A stretch of DNA of 64,000 bases from Deltaproteobacteria bacterium Ga0077539 (GTDB lineage: Bacteria; Myxococcota_A; Polyangia; Polyangiales; Ga0077539). Shown piece by piece: positions 46,449-55,845 of this stretch. The stretch lies in the NCBI GenBank assembly GCA_001465015.1, contig LNEO01000143.1, forward strand, positions 62,864 to 126,863, written 5' to 3'. Within the stretch, counting starts at the first letter, position 1; the number at the start of each line of letters is the position of its first letter. A program made the translations under genes and the position numbers. A model generated the notes under the pieces. The model did no database searches and was not told where the DNA came from. It saw only the letters and a list, made by a program, of their open reading frames with translations.

Positions 46449-47923
46449 GATCTCGCCAGCCGCTTCTCGAGGTTTCGTGACAGGCGCGAGAGCGGATAGC
46501 TCATCGCGAAGTACATGGCCGCGCACGCGAGCCCCGGCAAGAGCCACGATCGCACGTCCACGGCGGTGATCGTCATCTGCTTGGTGAGCTCGACCACGGT
46601 GATCACCGACACGAGCGAGCTGTCCTTGAGCAGCGCGATGAAGTCGTTGGTCACCCCGGGCAGCGCCATGCGAAACGCCTGCGGAACGATCACTCGCCGC
46701 AGCGCCAATCCCCTCGTCATCCCCAGCGCGAGGGCGGCTTCCATTTGCCCCTTCGGAACCGCCTGCAGCCCAGCGCGATAGACCTCTGCTTCGTACGCCG
46801 CGTAGTTGAGCCCGAGGCCCACGATCGCCGCCGTCATCGGCGAGAGCTGCACGTAGCGAGACAGACCAAAGTAGAAGAGATAGAGCTGCAGGAGCACGGG
46901 CGTCCCGCGAAAGACCTCGACGTAGCTCGTGCAAAGCACGCCGATCGGTCGCGGGCCGTACTCGCGGGACAGCGCCAGGAGCATTCCCAGGACGATCGCG
47001 AGGATCATCGCGCCCGCGCTCACGCGCACCGTCACCCACGCGCCGCGCGCGAAGAGCGCGAGGTGCGGGGTCCCGAAGGTGGCGCGCTCGGTGGTTCGAA
47101 GCAGCTGCGCCTGGTTTTCGTCAGTCCATCGGACGATCGTGTCGAGCCTGGGGTCGTCGATCTGCCATCGAGCCATGATGCGACGCAGCTCTCCAGTGCG
47201 CGAGATGCGCTCGAGTGCCTGATCGATCGCGCGCCCGAGGTCCTCGTCTCCGGGCCGCACCGCCGCAGCGTAGTAGCCGTCGCCGAGATCTCCGACGACG
47301 CGCAGCGAGTCTTTCACCACGCCGTACCGCGTCGCGATGATGTCATCGAGCAGCACGGCGTCGGTGCGCCCGCGCTCGAGGTCGACGTAGGGTTCTTCTT
47401 GTCCTTCGTAGAGCACGGCCTCGATGCCGTTGCGCCGAAGGAGGTCGTGGGACTGGGAGTTTCCGAGCGTTCCGACGCGCAGGCCGCGCAGCGCGTTGAC
47501 GTCGGCTCGCACTCTTCTGTCTCCAGCGCGCGCCATCAGCCGCATTCGGTACAGGTAGTACGGTCGCGTGAATCGAACGCGCCCCGTTCGGGCCGGCGTC
47601 ACCTCGAGCCCGTTGAGGGCGACGTCGAACGTCCCGCGCTCGAGCGACGGAACGAGGTTCGCCCAGTCGTTTTGCACGAAGGTCGCGCGGACGTTGAGCT
47701 CCCTGGCGATGGCCGAAGCGAGGTCGACTTCGAAGCCAACGAGCGTGTCGGCGTTGTGGGGATCGCGAAACACGTACGGCTCTCCGCCCTGCGTGTCGCC
47801 TCCCCACCTGAGCTCTCCCCTCGCCCGCACCGCCGCGAGGCCGGTCGGCGCGCGCTGGCACGACAACAGTCCGAACGCGAGGCACATCCAGATCAACCAC
47901 CACCGCACGTTCGTCGCTCTCAC
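46445..47923 (-). CDS. Polar amino-acid ABC transporter, fused substrate-binding and permease domains
   Basis: SBP family 3 (GFEVDLA, RFTRPYY), then FRGTPVLLQL, NYAAYEAE, GQMEAA, LKDSSL; start uncertain. Confidence 0.92.
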   Translation of the reverse strand: MRATNVRWWLIWMCLAFGLLSCQRAPTGLAAVRARGELRWGGDTQGGEPYVFRDPHNADTLVGFEVDLASAIARELNVRATFVQNDWANLVPSLERGTFDVALNGLEVTPARTGRVRFTRPYYLYRMRLMARAGDRRVRADVNALRGLRVGTLGNSQSHDLLRRNGIEAVLYEGQEEPYVDLERGRTDAVLLDDIIATRYGVVKDSLRVVGDLGDGYYAAAVRPGDEDLGRAIDQALERISRTGELRRIMARWQIDDPRLDTIVRWTDENQAQLLRTTERATFGTPHLALFARGAWVTVRVSAGAMILAIVLGMLLALSREYGPRPIGVLCTSYVEVFRGTPVLLQLYLFYFGLSRYVQLSPMTAAIVGLGLNYAAYEAEVYRAGLQAVPKGQMEAALALGMTRGLALRRVIVPQAFRMALPGVTNDFIALLKDSSLVSVITVVELTKQMTITAVDVRSWLLPGLACAAMYFAMSYPLSRLSRNLEKRLARS

Positions 47924-47999
47924 GGGCGCGAGTGTCGCGCGAATCTCGCTGCGGTCACAGCGCGACAGCACGTCGGCGGCCGAGGGGCAAAACGCCTCG

Positions 48000-49136
48000 T
48001 CACATGTAGCTCAGCCACCAGTCGGTTCGTCGCCGCTTCAGCGCCGCGAACCAAACGCACGCCGGATAGAGCGCGGCGAGGACGAGCGCCCACACGAGGA
48101 ACACGAGCGGCAGCGAGAGCCCGGTGCCGCGCCCAGAAGCGAGCGCCGCTTCGATCGCCGCGACGCCGCCGCGCGCGAGGAGAAAGAGCCCGGCGCTCAG
48201 CTGCAACAGCGGCAAATGCACGACATAGAAGAACAGCGGAACGCGCCCGAGCGTCGCGAGACGATCGCCGAGGGCGGCGCGCTCGTGCGTCCACCAGGCC
48301 AAGAGCAGAAACAGCGGGCCGACGGTCATCAGGAGGTACGCGAGCGACGGGGGGTACTTCGCGGTGTTCAGCACCGCGAGCGCAGAGAATCCTGCGCGGG
48401 CGACCGGTCGCCATGGCGTCGGATCGCCGTACAAGTTTGGGACTCGAAGCGCGACGAACGCGGCGAGGCACGCGACGCCGATCGCCGCCAGGGTCCGCCG
48501 CTGCTCTCGCTCGGGGCGCTCGAACACCGGTCCGATCGCGTACCCGAGCGCCATGAGCCCCACCCACGGAACGAGCGGATACAGCACGAACACCCGGATC
48601 GGCCCCAGCGCGAAGCGCCGCGACTCGTGCGCGATCGCCCACAGTGAACTCGAAAAGTGAACACCGTCGAGCGCGTTGTGTCCGATGCAGACAACGGCGC
48701 CGAACAGCGCGATCGCCCAGCGAGGAAGGGCCCGTAGCGCCCCCAACGCCACCATCGACCACCCGAGCGCCCAGATCACCTGCAGCGTCACCCGGGGCAT
48801 GTGCACGGCAAACGACCAACCTGCCCGCACGATCGTGAGCTCGAGCACGATCAACCAGAGGCCGCGCGTGACGAGAAAGCGAGACAGCTCCGCGCCGCTC
48901 AGTCGTCGGCCGTGCAGGTACGCTGATGTGCCGGCGAGCAGGACGAACGTCGGCGCGCAAAAGTGCGTGATCCAGCGGGTGAAGAACAGCGGGGCCGAGG
49001 CCTGAGTGAGGTCCGTGGCGCGAATCGAGTGATCGCCGAAATAGTCTCGCGTGTGGTCGAGCGCCATGAGCGCCATGGCCAACCCGCGAGCGCGATCGAG
49101 GGCGGCGAGGCGCGGGGCCTTCGAGGGGGCCGTCAT
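48000..49136 (-). CDS. DUF1624 / HGSNAT-like membrane acyltransferase
   Basis: LDRARGLAMALMALDH, RWITHFCAPTFVLLAG, RGLWL, KYPPSL, PLFFYVVH. Confidence 0.85.
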   Translation of the reverse strand: MTAPSKAPRLAALDRARGLAMALMALDHTRDYFGDHSIRATDLTQASAPLFFTRWITHFCAPTFVLLAGTSAYLHGRRLSGAELSRFLVTRGLWLIVLELTIVRAGWSFAVHMPRVTLQVIWALGWSMVALGALRALPRWAIALFGAVVCIGHNALDGVHFSSSLWAIAHESRRFALGPIRVFVLYPLVPWVGLMALGYAIGPVFERPEREQRRTLAAIGVACLAAFVALRVPNLYGDPTPWRPVARAGFSALAVLNTAKYPPSLAYLLMTVGPLFLLLAWWTHERAALGDRLATLGRVPLFFYVVHLPLLQLSAGLFLLARGGVAAIEAALASGRGTGLSLPLVFLVWALVLAALYPACVWFAALKRRRTDWWLSYM

Positions 49137-49157
49137 CGCGCGACGATACTGCCTTTT

Positions 49158-49229
49158 CGGGACTGTTCTGATTTGCCGAACGCCGCGGCTCTGCGCGGCG
49201 TGAGGGAGGACGAAATCAGGACAGTCCCG
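49158..49229. repeat. Intergenic 17-bp inverted repeat with a nested hairpin (REP/MITE-like)
   Basis: CGGGACTGTTCTGATTT (49158-49174) vs AAATCAGGACAGTCCCG (49213-49229), 16/17 complementary; inner CGCCGCG-N6-CGCGGCG. Confidence 0.75.
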
Positions 49230-49414
49230 CCCTTTGCGAGGGTGAAGACCCACGTACGCCCGCGCGAAATCTCTTGGATTGCTTCGGACTTCTGCAATTT
49301 GGGCGCTGTTGCTACCTTCGCGGTGATGCCTCGCCTCAAGTTCGCGCGCCATTGTGCTCAGCGATCGCCGAACGTCGCGCAGGCACACGTTGACGGACGG
49401 GAAGTCGTCGACCC

Positions 49415-52177
49415 ATGAGCTCGATCGTCCCTGGCGAGCGCGTGGGGCCGTACGAGATCGTCGCGGAGGTTCGCGGCGGCGGAATGGCCTCGCTGTTTCT
49501 CGGACGCCGCCTCGGCCCCGAGGGCTTCTCGCGGATCGTGGCGATCAAGGTCATTCATTCGCATCTGTCGTCGGATCGCGCGTTCGTCGAGATGTTTCTC
49601 GACGAGGCGCGGCTGTCGTCGCGCATCGTGCACCCCAACGTCGTGCGCGTCGAAGAGCTCGGCGAGCACGACGGGACCTACTTTCTCGCGATGGAGTTCG
49701 TCCAGGGCGCGACCCTGGCCGCGCTGATGTCCGCTCTTCATCGCGCGAACGCCGTGCTTCCCGTCGAGATCGCCTGCGCCATTGCGATGCGAACCGCGGA
49801 CGGCCTTCACGCGGCGCACGAAGTGACCGATGACGACGGCGTCTCGCTCGAGGTGATCCACCGCGACGTATCCCCGCAGAACATCCTGCTCAGCGACAAA
49901 GGGCACGTGAAGCTGATCGACTTCGGCGTCGCGCGGGCCCGCGGCCGCCGGCAAGCGTCCGAAGCAGGCGCGCTCAAAGGCAAGCTCGGCTACATGGCTC
50001 CCGAGCAAGCGTGGGGGCGGGAGATCGACCGTCGCGCCGACGTCTACGCGCTCGGCGTCGTGCTGTGGGAGATGCTCACGCGCAGGCGCCTGCTCACGGG
50101 CGACAACGAGATCGCGGTCCTCGAAGCTGCCAGGGCGCCTCGCGTCACACCCCCGCACGACCTCGATCCGTCCATCACGACCGCGCTGAGCAACGTCGTC
50201 ATGACCGCGCTCGCGATCGATCCCGGCGAGCGCTTTCAGACCGCAAACGCCTTTCGCCGAGCGATCGGCAACGCCTGTCCGGACGCCATCAAGGTCGAGC
50301 CCGACGCGATCGCAAAGCTCCTTTCGTCGGTGCTCGCGACCGAGCTCGCGCGCGAGCGAGAGCTGGTCCAGTCCGAGCCGCGCATGTCCCACGTGCCGCG
50401 GACCTCATCGGCCGCCCTCGCGCCGGACGTCGAGACGGTCGCGTCGACGCCGTCGGCCGTGAGCGAGAGAACGAGCAGCGGCCCCGCGGAGTCTGCGACG
50501 AGCCTCTCGTCTGCTACCGCGGTCAACAGCGCTTCATCGTCGAGGGCGAAGTCTGGGACGTCGCTGCTCGTCTCGGCAGCGGCGCTCATGGCGCTCGGCG
50601 CCCTTGGATCGATCGCCGTCAAGAAGCTCCGCGCGCCGCTCGTGACCACGGTCGTGCGGCCTGTCGTCCGCTCGCTCTGCGACGAGAAGATCGCGATCGA
50701 CGCGCCCGAGGGACGTCCCGCGAGCGTCGACCTCGACACACGAAATCGAGCGGGCGGGAGATTCGATCTCGGGCCGCTGCGCATCGCGCCGTCTCCAGAG
50801 GCCATCGTCGAGCTGAGAGTCCTCGGGGTCGGGCCGCGATCGATCGATCTCTCGACGGTCAACACCGGCACGGACGTGCGCTTCGACACGATTCTGGCCG
50901 TGTTTCGAGGCCCGTGCGACGCCGGGCTCACGTCGCGCCCGCCGGACGTCGTTGGCGACGATCAGCCAGCGGAGCGCGAGTTTCGCGCGCGAACGACGCT
51001 CCGCGCGAACGGCGGGGATGTCCTCACGGTTGTCGTCGCTGGGTTCGGAGGTGTGTTCGGAGGTCGCGTCGATCGAGGGCTCGTCCAGCTCGACGTGAGC
51101 AACAACCTCAGCCGCGCGCCCACGATTCAGTCGGTTCGCCTGGTCGCCGGCGAGCGCCGACTCGTGGCGATCGTGCGTGGCGGCGACGAGGATGGCGATC
51201 TCTCGTCGATGAGGGTGCGTTTGTTCGGCGAGGACGGCGCTGCGCTCCAGCGACTCGGCGTGGAGTCGAGGGTCGCGCTCGCCTTCGATGGTCCCTTGGA
51301 CGATCCGAGCTACAGCGGCAGCGCGTCGAGCGACGTCGGAGAGGAAGTCCCGCTCGAAGCGGCGAGGTCCGCAGAGGTGGTGCTCGTCGATCGACCCGGA
51401 AACGAGAGCGCGTCGCTCCGAGTCCCCGTCGAGCGCGTCGCCATCGTCGGACCCAACGAGCGATGCGACGATCGACGCCTCTGCGCGCCGAACCTCGCGT
51501 GCGACGTCGGTCGATGTCGAGCGACGACCGATCAGGTCGCGGCGTGTCGCGACGCCTCGCCGGTCGAGTTCGTTCGAGGCGACGACGGCGTTCTTCGAGC
51601 GTCGTTCAGCGGCAGGGTCATGCCGGGTCCAGGGTTGTTCGACGGAGCGTGCTTTCGCGCTGCGACGCAGGCTCGAGAGCAGATCGTCCGCCTCGTGATT
51701 CCGCAGGGACGGTGGCGGCTCGTCGCCAGCACCGACGAGGGGGCGAGCGGCGCTGTCACTCGCCCAGACCCGGACACCATCCTCTACTTTCGACGATCGT
51801 GCCTCGACTCGTCGCGCGCCTCGGCGCCAGTCGAGTGGTGCAACGACGACGTCGCGTTTCGTCGCATCCAGCGCTCGACCGTCGAGATCCCAGAGATCAC
51901 CGGCGGCGAGCTGTTCGGCTTCGTCGAGATCTGGGGCAGCAGCCTCGCGGACGGGCACGGCTCGCGCTACACGCTGTCGCTCGAGCTGCGGCCGGTCACC
52001 GCCGACGCGCCCCGCGCGCGAGACGCTCGATGCCCCGCCGAAATGCCAGCCGACGATGCGCTTTGCGCGTTCGAACGACTCGCGTGCACCTACCCTGCCT
52101 CGGGCGTCGCTCGCCGCTGCGCGTGCATCCACACGCTCGCGAACCCTGATTTGTTCACCTGGCACTGCGAGCGGTGA
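49415..52177 (+). CDS. Receptor-like Ser/Thr kinase: kinase, TM helix, extracytoplasmic Cys-rich/PPC-like domains
   Basis: [68 protein letters not shown]. Confidence 0.9.
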   Translation: MSSIVPGERVGPYEIVAEVRGGGMASLFLGRRLGPEGFSRIVAIKVIHSHLSSDRAFVEMFLDEARLSSRIVHPNVVRVEELGEHDGTYFLAMEFVQGATLAALMSALHRANAVLPVEIACAIAMRTADGLHAAHEVTDDDGVSLEVIHRDVSPQNILLSDKGHVKLIDFGVARARGRRQASEAGALKGKLGYMAPEQAWGREIDRRADVYALGVVLWEMLTRRRLLTGDNEIAVLEAARAPRVTPPHDLDPSITTALSNVVMTALAIDPGERFQTANAFRRAIGNACPDAIKVEPDAIAKLLSSVLATELARERELVQSEPRMSHVPRTSSAALAPDVETVASTPSAVSERTSSGPAESATSLSSATAVNSASSSRAKSGTSLLVSAAALMALGALGSIAVKKLRAPLVTTVVRPVVRSLCDEKIAIDAPEGRPASVDLDTRNRAGGRFDLGPLRIAPSPEAIVELRVLGVGPRSIDLSTVNTGTDVRFDTILAVFRGPCDAGLTSRPPDVVGDDQPAEREFRARTTLRANGGDVLTVVVAGFGGVFGGRVDRGLVQLDVSNNLSRAPTIQSVRLVAGERRLVAIVRGGDEDGDLSSMRVRLFGEDGAALQRLGVESRVALAFDGPLDDPSYSGSASSDVGEEVPLEAARSAEVVLVDRPGNESASLRVPVERVAIVGPNERCDDRRLCAPNLACDVGRCRATTDQVAACRDASPVEFVRGDDGVLRASFSGRVMPGPGLFDGACFRAATQAREQIVRLVIPQGRWRLVASTDEGASGAVTRPDPDTILYFRRSCLDSSRASAPVEWCNDDVAFRRIQRSTVEIPEITGGELFGFVEIWGSSLADGHGSRYTLSLELRPVTADAPRARDARCPAEMPADDALCAFERLACTYPASGVARRCACIHTLANPDLFTWHCER

Positions 52178-52181
52178 GCGC

Positions 52182-53198
52182 TCAGCCGGCGCGACGACGC
52201 GCGTCGGCTGCGTCGCTCGTGGCGAGCTCGCCCTCGTCTTCGCTCGAGGACGAGGCGGTCGTGTCGATTCGCACGCCGGTTTGCTGCTCTTCGACGCCGG
52301 CGACCTTTTTGGCCGCGCCGGTGAGAAAGGGGCGCATGAGCAGCGCGAGCAAGACCGCAGGGATGGCCGCAGAAGCGATGGGCGAGTTGGCCACGGTCCC
52401 GAACGCGAGGTCCATCGTCGTGCCGGTGGCTTGAATGGATGTGTCGCCGAGGGCGACAGCGCTGGCGCCGGCCGCGGCGACGGTGGCGCCTCCCGCGAGC
52501 ATTCCCCAGGTCTTCTGGCGGTAGAGCCCGAGCATCGCGAGCGCCGCGAGAGGCAGCACAGCGGTCGCGGCGGCGAACGTCTTCATCCCGTCCAAGAGCT
52601 GAAACGAGTGATCGACCAGCGACATCGCGGCCATCGCGAGCCAGCCGAGCCCGATCGCTCCGCCCATCACCCTCGCCTTGTTGTTGTCGGCGAGCGCGCC
52701 CCACCCGGCCAGCGCGCCCTTGCCCTTGGCGAGGATCATGGCGGGCAGCATCGTGACCGCGAAGAAGAGCATCGCGATCGAGCCGAGCCCGCGCCCCGCG
52801 CTCCAGTCGTTTGCGAACTCGAAGTACCAGACGACCTGCGGCGCGAGCACGCCGAACAGCGTCAAGATCGAGAGCGCCTTGGCGTCCGACGCGCCCTGGC
52901 GAAGCTTCTTCGCCGACGAGAAGAGCAGCTTCGCCGTGATCATCGCGAGCACGAGCCGCCACGGCGACAGCCACGTAATCAAGTAGTCGTTCACCGGGAC
53001 AGACACGCCGGGCATCCCGACGGTCACGGGCGTGTCGCGCCCGAGGAACTTGAACCAGTCGTGCCAGAAGTACCATCCCGACACGAGCGGATACGCCAGC
53101 GACAGCGCTGTCATCGCGCCCGCCCCCAGCAGTCGACTCGCTTTCTCTGCGCGCTGTTGCTCGGCTTCGGGTCGCGGCTCGTCCATCACCATGAACAC
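52182..53198 (-). CDS. Hypothetical polytopic membrane protein
   Basis: About 8-9 hydrophobic helices, GC3-rich codons. Confidence 0.75.
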   Translation of the reverse strand: MFMVMDEPRPEAEQQRAEKASRLLGAGAMTALSLAYPLVSGWYFWHDWFKFLGRDTPVTVGMPGVSVPVNDYLITWLSPWRLVLAMITAKLLFSSAKKLRQGASDAKALSILTLFGVLAPQVVWYFEFANDWSAGRGLGSIAMLFFAVTMLPAMILAKGKGALAGWGALADNNKARVMGGAIGLGWLAMAAMSLVDHSFQLLDGMKTFAAATAVLPLAALAMLGLYRQKTWGMLAGGATVAAAGASAVALGDTSIQATGTTMDLAFGTVANSPIASAAIPAVLLALLMRPFLTGAAKKVAGVEEQQTGVRIDTTASSSSEDEGELATSDAADARRRAG

Positions 53199-53303
53199 TC
53201 TAGCGCGATCGTCTGCGTCGCGCCGGTCGCCGCGCGCGGCGCGGTGGTTCGCGGTGGTTCGCGGGTTGTCCGTCGCTCACCCACCCGCGCACACACAGAG
53301 ACT

Positions 53304-54299
53304 TCAGCCCATTTCGCCGGCCCAGCTTCGGGCAAACGCGTCCCTCGCCGTTCGCACTCGCCCGTCGGTCTCCGCGCGACCGAGCACGATCATCAGCTTC
53401 GCGAGCGCGGCCTCGGTGGTCATGTCACCCGCTGAAATCGCTCCTGCCGCCGCTGCGGCGACGCCGCCTTCGTATCGCTTGAGGTCGACGCTGCCGCGCG
53501 GGCACTGGCTCACGATCACGACGGGAACGTCCATCGCGCGCGCCTTCTCGATCACGCCGACCAGCGAGTTCTCGATGCGCGGAATGTTTCCCGCGCCAAA
53601 GGCCTCGATCACCATTCCGCGCACGCCGGCGTCGAGCGCACCAGAAATCAACCTCGGGTCCAACCCAGGAAAGGTCCTCGTGGCAAGCACCCTCGCCTCG
53701 AGCCGCCCATCGAACGGCTCGGCCTCGCGCCTGGCGAGCACGTGCGGCCCGAACTGCACCCCCAAGCCCAGCTCGGCGAGCGGCGGACACGCAGGCGATC
53801 CGAAGGCGCTCATGCCCCAAGCGTCCATCTTCGTCGCGCGACATCCTCGCAACAGCCGCGAGTCGAAAACGATCCCCACCTCGGGCGGGCCGACCACGGC
53901 CAGGTGACAAGCGTCCACGAGGTTCGAGCGCGCGTCGGTGCGCACGTCTTGCAGCGGTTTTTGCGCGCCGGTCATCACGACTGGCCGATCCAGTCCGGTG
54001 AGCAAAAACGCGAGCGCGCTCGCCGTGTAGGCCATCGTGTCCGTGCCGTGCACGATCACGACGCCGTCGTAGCTCGGCAGCGACGAGTGCACGAGCTGGC
54101 CGAGCGACGCCCAGTGATGCGGCTGCATGTCGGACGAGTCCAGGTTGCTGAAGATCCTCGTCTCGATGTCGGCGATCTTCTTGAGCACCGGCAGCTCGGT
54201 CAACAGGTCCTGGGTGTACACGTCCGGCGCGAGCGGCGAAGGGTCACCGCCGCGCATCATGAGCGTCCCTCCGGTGTGCACGAGCAAGAGCTTGGGCAT
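53304..54299 (-). CDS. ansA: Type I (cytoplasmic) L-asparaginase
   Basis: HTGGTL, DSSDM, HGTDTMAYTA, TGAQ, DMTTEAA. Confidence 0.93.
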   Translation of the reverse strand: MPKLLLVHTGGTLMMRGGDPSPLAPDVYTQDLLTELPVLKKIADIETRIFSNLDSSDMQPHHWASLGQLVHSSLPSYDGVVIVHGTDTMAYTASALAFLLTGLDRPVVMTGAQKPLQDVRTDARSNLVDACHLAVVGPPEVGIVFDSRLLRGCRATKMDAWGMSAFGSPACPPLAELGLGVQFGPHVLARREAEPFDGRLEARVLATRTFPGLDPRLISGALDAGVRGMVIEAFGAGNIPRIENSLVGVIEKARAMDVPVVIVSQCPRGSVDLKRYEGGVAAAAAGAISAGDMTTEAALAKLMIVLGRAETDGRVRTARDAFARSWAGEMG

Positions 54300-54371
54300 A
54301 GGTTGCGGGCAACCATAGTACGCGCGGGCAAATCGCTCCGCATTCGCTACGATGTCGCCGCGGTGTCGCTC

Positions 54372-54635
54372 ATGTCCAAGCCTCGATGCCCCCAATGCGG
54401 ACTGGACCTCGATCCTCTGGACGCCAGTCCCTCGCCCAAAGGATCGGTGCATAGGGCGTGCGTCGAGGCCGCCACCCTTCTGGTCTCGAAGCCGCCGACC
54501 GACGAGTCGCCGTATCGATTGAAACCCATGTACGGCGGCCCTCGTCCGCCGCAGTCGAGCAACAAGCGATGGGTCGCCTTCGCGCTCGTCACGGTGACGG
54601 TGGTGGTCCTGGCGTTGGTGCTCGCCAGACGCTGA
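54372..54635 (+). CDS. Small CxxC/HxxC protein with C-terminal TM helix, paralog 1 (87 aa)
   Basis: MSKPRCPQCGLDLDPLDA...VHRAC...YGGP...WVAFALVTVTVVVLALVLARR. Confidence 0.7.
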   Translation: MSKPRCPQCGLDLDPLDASPSPKGSVHRACVEAATLLVSKPPTDESPYRLKPMYGGPRPPQSSNKRWVAFALVTVTVVVLALVLARR

Positions 54636-54694
54636 GCGCGAACGCGTTGGCGAGCCAGTCGACACGAGGAGCAGTCTCGCGCATCGTCTCGTCA

Positions 54695-54934
54695 ATGGCG
54701 CCGACTTGTCCCCGCTGTGGACTCCCGCTCGACCCGATGGAAGCTCGGCCGTCGCGCTCCGGCGCCGTTCACGCAGGATGCGTTCGAGACGAAGACGCCG
54801 AGCCCCCTCCGCACATCGACCGGATCGAACGCGCCGCGCCGAAGTATGGTGGCCCGCCCATTCGTCGCTACGGTTGCTCGATCGTGTTGATCCTGCTGAT
54901 CGTGACCTCGATCATTCTTCTTCGTCGCTTGTGA
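54695..54934 (+). CDS. Small CxxC/HxxC protein with C-terminal TM helix, paralog 2 (79 aa)
   Basis: MAPTCPRCGLPLDPMEA...VHAGC...YGGP...SIVLILLIVTSIILLRRL. Confidence 0.7.
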   Translation: MAPTCPRCGLPLDPMEARPSRSGAVHAGCVRDEDAEPPPHIDRIERAAPKYGGPPIRRYGCSIVLILLIVTSIILLRRL

Positions 54935-55845
54935 CCTTCGTGCGAACCCGCGCTTCGACCCTCGCGCTCATCGCTCTGGCGGGCTGCAGAACGCTGCAGA
55001 TGGACAGCGATCTTCGGTCGGAGTTGCTTCGAGCGCAGAGCGACCGTTCGCTGTGCCGTCGCCGCGAGAGCGAGCTCCTCGCGATGCTCGAACCCACGGT
55101 GACGGTGCGCGTCGCGCGCCCCGATGAGCTCGATCGTTCGTTGGCTCGAAGCTCCGCGGCGGCGCTCCATCGACGCGCGGTGCTCGTGCACGTCGAGACG
55201 AGCACCGCGGTCGTCGAGGACGACGACGCTCGCGTCGAGACCGGCTTCGAAGTGCATGGTCGTCCGTCGCGTCTGGTGCTTCCGGCAGACTTCGCGCTGG
55301 CCGATTTTACCGCAGTGGATCGGGCGCGGCCGACCGACGACAGCGAGCCGATCGTCAACGACATCAACGTCACGCCGCTGCCGGGAGCGCTTCAGTCCTT
55401 CGCGGACGGGGTCCGCGTGGGCTACGCGACGTTTATCGTTCCGTTCGTGCTCATGACTTCGGTCGCCGGTCGCGGGCTGCCAGTCGTCGAGCAGGGTCAG
55501 CAGTCCGGCTCGAGCGCAAACGCGACGCACTCGCGCAGCGAGTGGGCCTTCCTCGGCTCGGTGCTCGAACGCGGCGGCTGTCAGCTCATGGCCGGCGGCG
55601 GGTGCCGGCGATGGTTCGTCGTTCCGCGTCCAGACGACGAAGCGACGGCGCCAGTCGCGCTGACGTTCTCCGTCCGCATCGCCGAGGGCAGCGCGCCGGT
55701 GCTGAGCGTCGAGCTGCCGAGCGACCCTTCAGCGAGCACGATCGAACAGCGAATTCACCGGCGATTTCCGCACAACACGCCGCTCGTTCTCTCGCGCGCC
55801 GAGGGCGTTCGTCACGCGAGCATCTGCGAGCGTCGCGCGAGGTAG
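54931..55845 (+). CDS. Hypothetical lipoprotein
   Basis: Lipobox LAGC; GTGA overlap with the upstream stop (alternative GTG at 54940). Confidence 0.6.
   Translation: MTFVRTRASTLALIALAGCRTLQMDSDLRSELLRAQSDRSLCRRRESELLAMLEPTVTVRVARPDELDRSLARSSAAALHRRAVLVHVETSTAVVEDDDARVETGFEVHGRPSRLVLPADFALADFTAVDRARPTDDSEPIVNDINVTPLPGALQSFADGVRVGYATFIVPFVLMTSVAGRGLPVVEQGQQSGSSANATHSRSEWAFLGSVLERGGCQLMAGGGCRRWFVVPRPDDEATAPVALTFSVRIAEGSAPVLSVELPSDPSASTIEQRIHRRFPHNTPLVLSRAEGVRHASICERRAR

Noticed and set aside
49326..49418. Short MPRLK... ORF after the REP-like hairpin, possible RAYT transposase remnant
   Set aside because: Too short and no HUH motif; unsupported.
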